Assembly: GCA_951406725.2 (NCBI GenBank)
Contig: OX597815.1
Coordinates: 61,628,001-61,692,000 of the forward strand
DNA from: Octopus vulgaris
Taxonomy: Eukaryota
DNA length: 64,000 nucleotides
Reading direction: 5' to 3'
Under the pieces are notes generated by a model. That model was not told where the DNA came from. It worked only from the letters and a program-made list of their open reading frames with translations, and made no database searches. Below are positions 62,831 through 64,000 of this stretch, one piece after another (within the stretch, counting starts at the first letter, position 1; every line of letters starts with the position of its first letter). A program made the translations under genes and the position numbers.

Positions 62831-64000
62831 AAAATGCCAAAAGTTTGTCATTGAATATTCTCAATAACAATAACAGCAGCAGCAGCATCGACAGCAGTCT
62901 TTCTGATAGTTTAATGAATGATGAGAACATGACGATGGCACGTTCGAATCAAGCAGACATTCGCAATTATTTGCCCGAAGATATCAGTGGTAAAAGAGCC
63001 AGATTAGAACTGGACGCCATAGAGAAGGATGCCATGAAAGAAGACTTGGCTCCGAACGAAGTGACCGACGGTCCAAGAGGTGGTCATCATCACCATCATC
63101 ATCATAACCATCACAGTCATCACAATCACCACCACCACCATCAACAGCAACAACAACAACAACAACAGCACCACAGTGATTTCATAAATGGAACTGGTGT
63201 CACAAAACCGCCGAAATGTGACTCTGAACGCTGTAACAGCGACGAAGATGGTGTCGTGGGAGTTACCAATGAAGATGGTGGTAGCGATAGCAACAACAAT
63301 CACAAAAAGTCTAACAACAACAATAACAACAACAGCAACAACAACAACAACAACGACAATAGCAACAACAGCAACAATACTAATAGTGGAAGTGGAGCTG
63401 GTGGTGATGGTGACGGTGATGCTGGCGATGATGACAATGATCAGGATGCGGATAAAAACATTAACAACAATAACAGTAGCAACAACAACAGCAACAACAA
63501 TAACAACAACAATAACAATAATAACAACAACAATAACAATAACAATGGTGATAACAGTAATAGTAATGATAACAATGATGATGCTGATAAGGAAGAGGTG
63601 GATGATGAAGATGAAGATGTTGAAGTAGATGTCACATCAAACGATGACGACATAAAACCTTCTACACATCCACCTCCTCACCCTCTTGTTAATCCTCTTG
63701 TCCATCCTCATCCTCTTGCCGTGTCGGCCATGATGCAAAATGGCGTACATTGTGAAGAAGCAGCTTGGCGAGCAGCCGAGATGGCGCGGAACAATATGTC
63801 GCCAGAAATTAAGAAAGAAAGACACCTCCCCTCCGACATGATGGAAGCAACTAACATGGAGGAGCAACATCGAATCAAGTCTGAATATGGTGTCATGGAC
63901 TCATCAATTGATTCTGAGGAAAAACTTGATATGAGAAGAATGGAAGAATTTGGTGAAGGGAACCGATGTCGAATGAGAGAAGAATGTGAGGCGTGTGATG
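62831..64000 (+). CDS. SAMD11: SAMD11-like coding exon 4, 3'-partial (poly-H/Q, poly-N and acidic tracts, SUMO-type motifs)
   Basis: Acceptor TTGTTTTCTTTGCAG, phase 1 (G|AA). The frame ENAKSLSLNILNN... stays open to the window end; the ORF track missed it because it has no stop. Confidence 0.85.

Noticed and set aside
63188-63628. 146-aa Thr-rich ORF
   Set aside because: Alternative frame of exon 4.

Overview
Eukaryotic, microsatellite-saturated animal genomic DNA. The SINE families look like those of octopus/cephalopods (recalled, not verified). The only host gene is a + strand SAMD11-like SAND-domain gene. Its first coding exon is about 6.2 kb (30345-36587, 2081 codons, almost all trinucleotide-repeat low complexity, ending in a KDWK SAND domain). 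It is followed by a 25-kb intron and three phase-consistent exons (61740-61930, 62255-62424, 62831->64000); the expected SAM domain lies beyond the window. The rest is transposon debris: three decayed Penelope-like (PLE) coding remnants, many short PLE-type termini with hammerhead-ribozyme motifs (one with an intact core at 7600-7690, one sense-strand in the intron at 51716-51756), a mariner fragment, a CR1-group LINE 3' end sharing a co-varying tail hairpin with the dominant SINE, two non-autonomous Helitrons and about 20 tRNA-derived SINE copies. Most ORFs in the supplied track are microsatellite artefacts. Family assignments come from recalled motifs, not from database searches.
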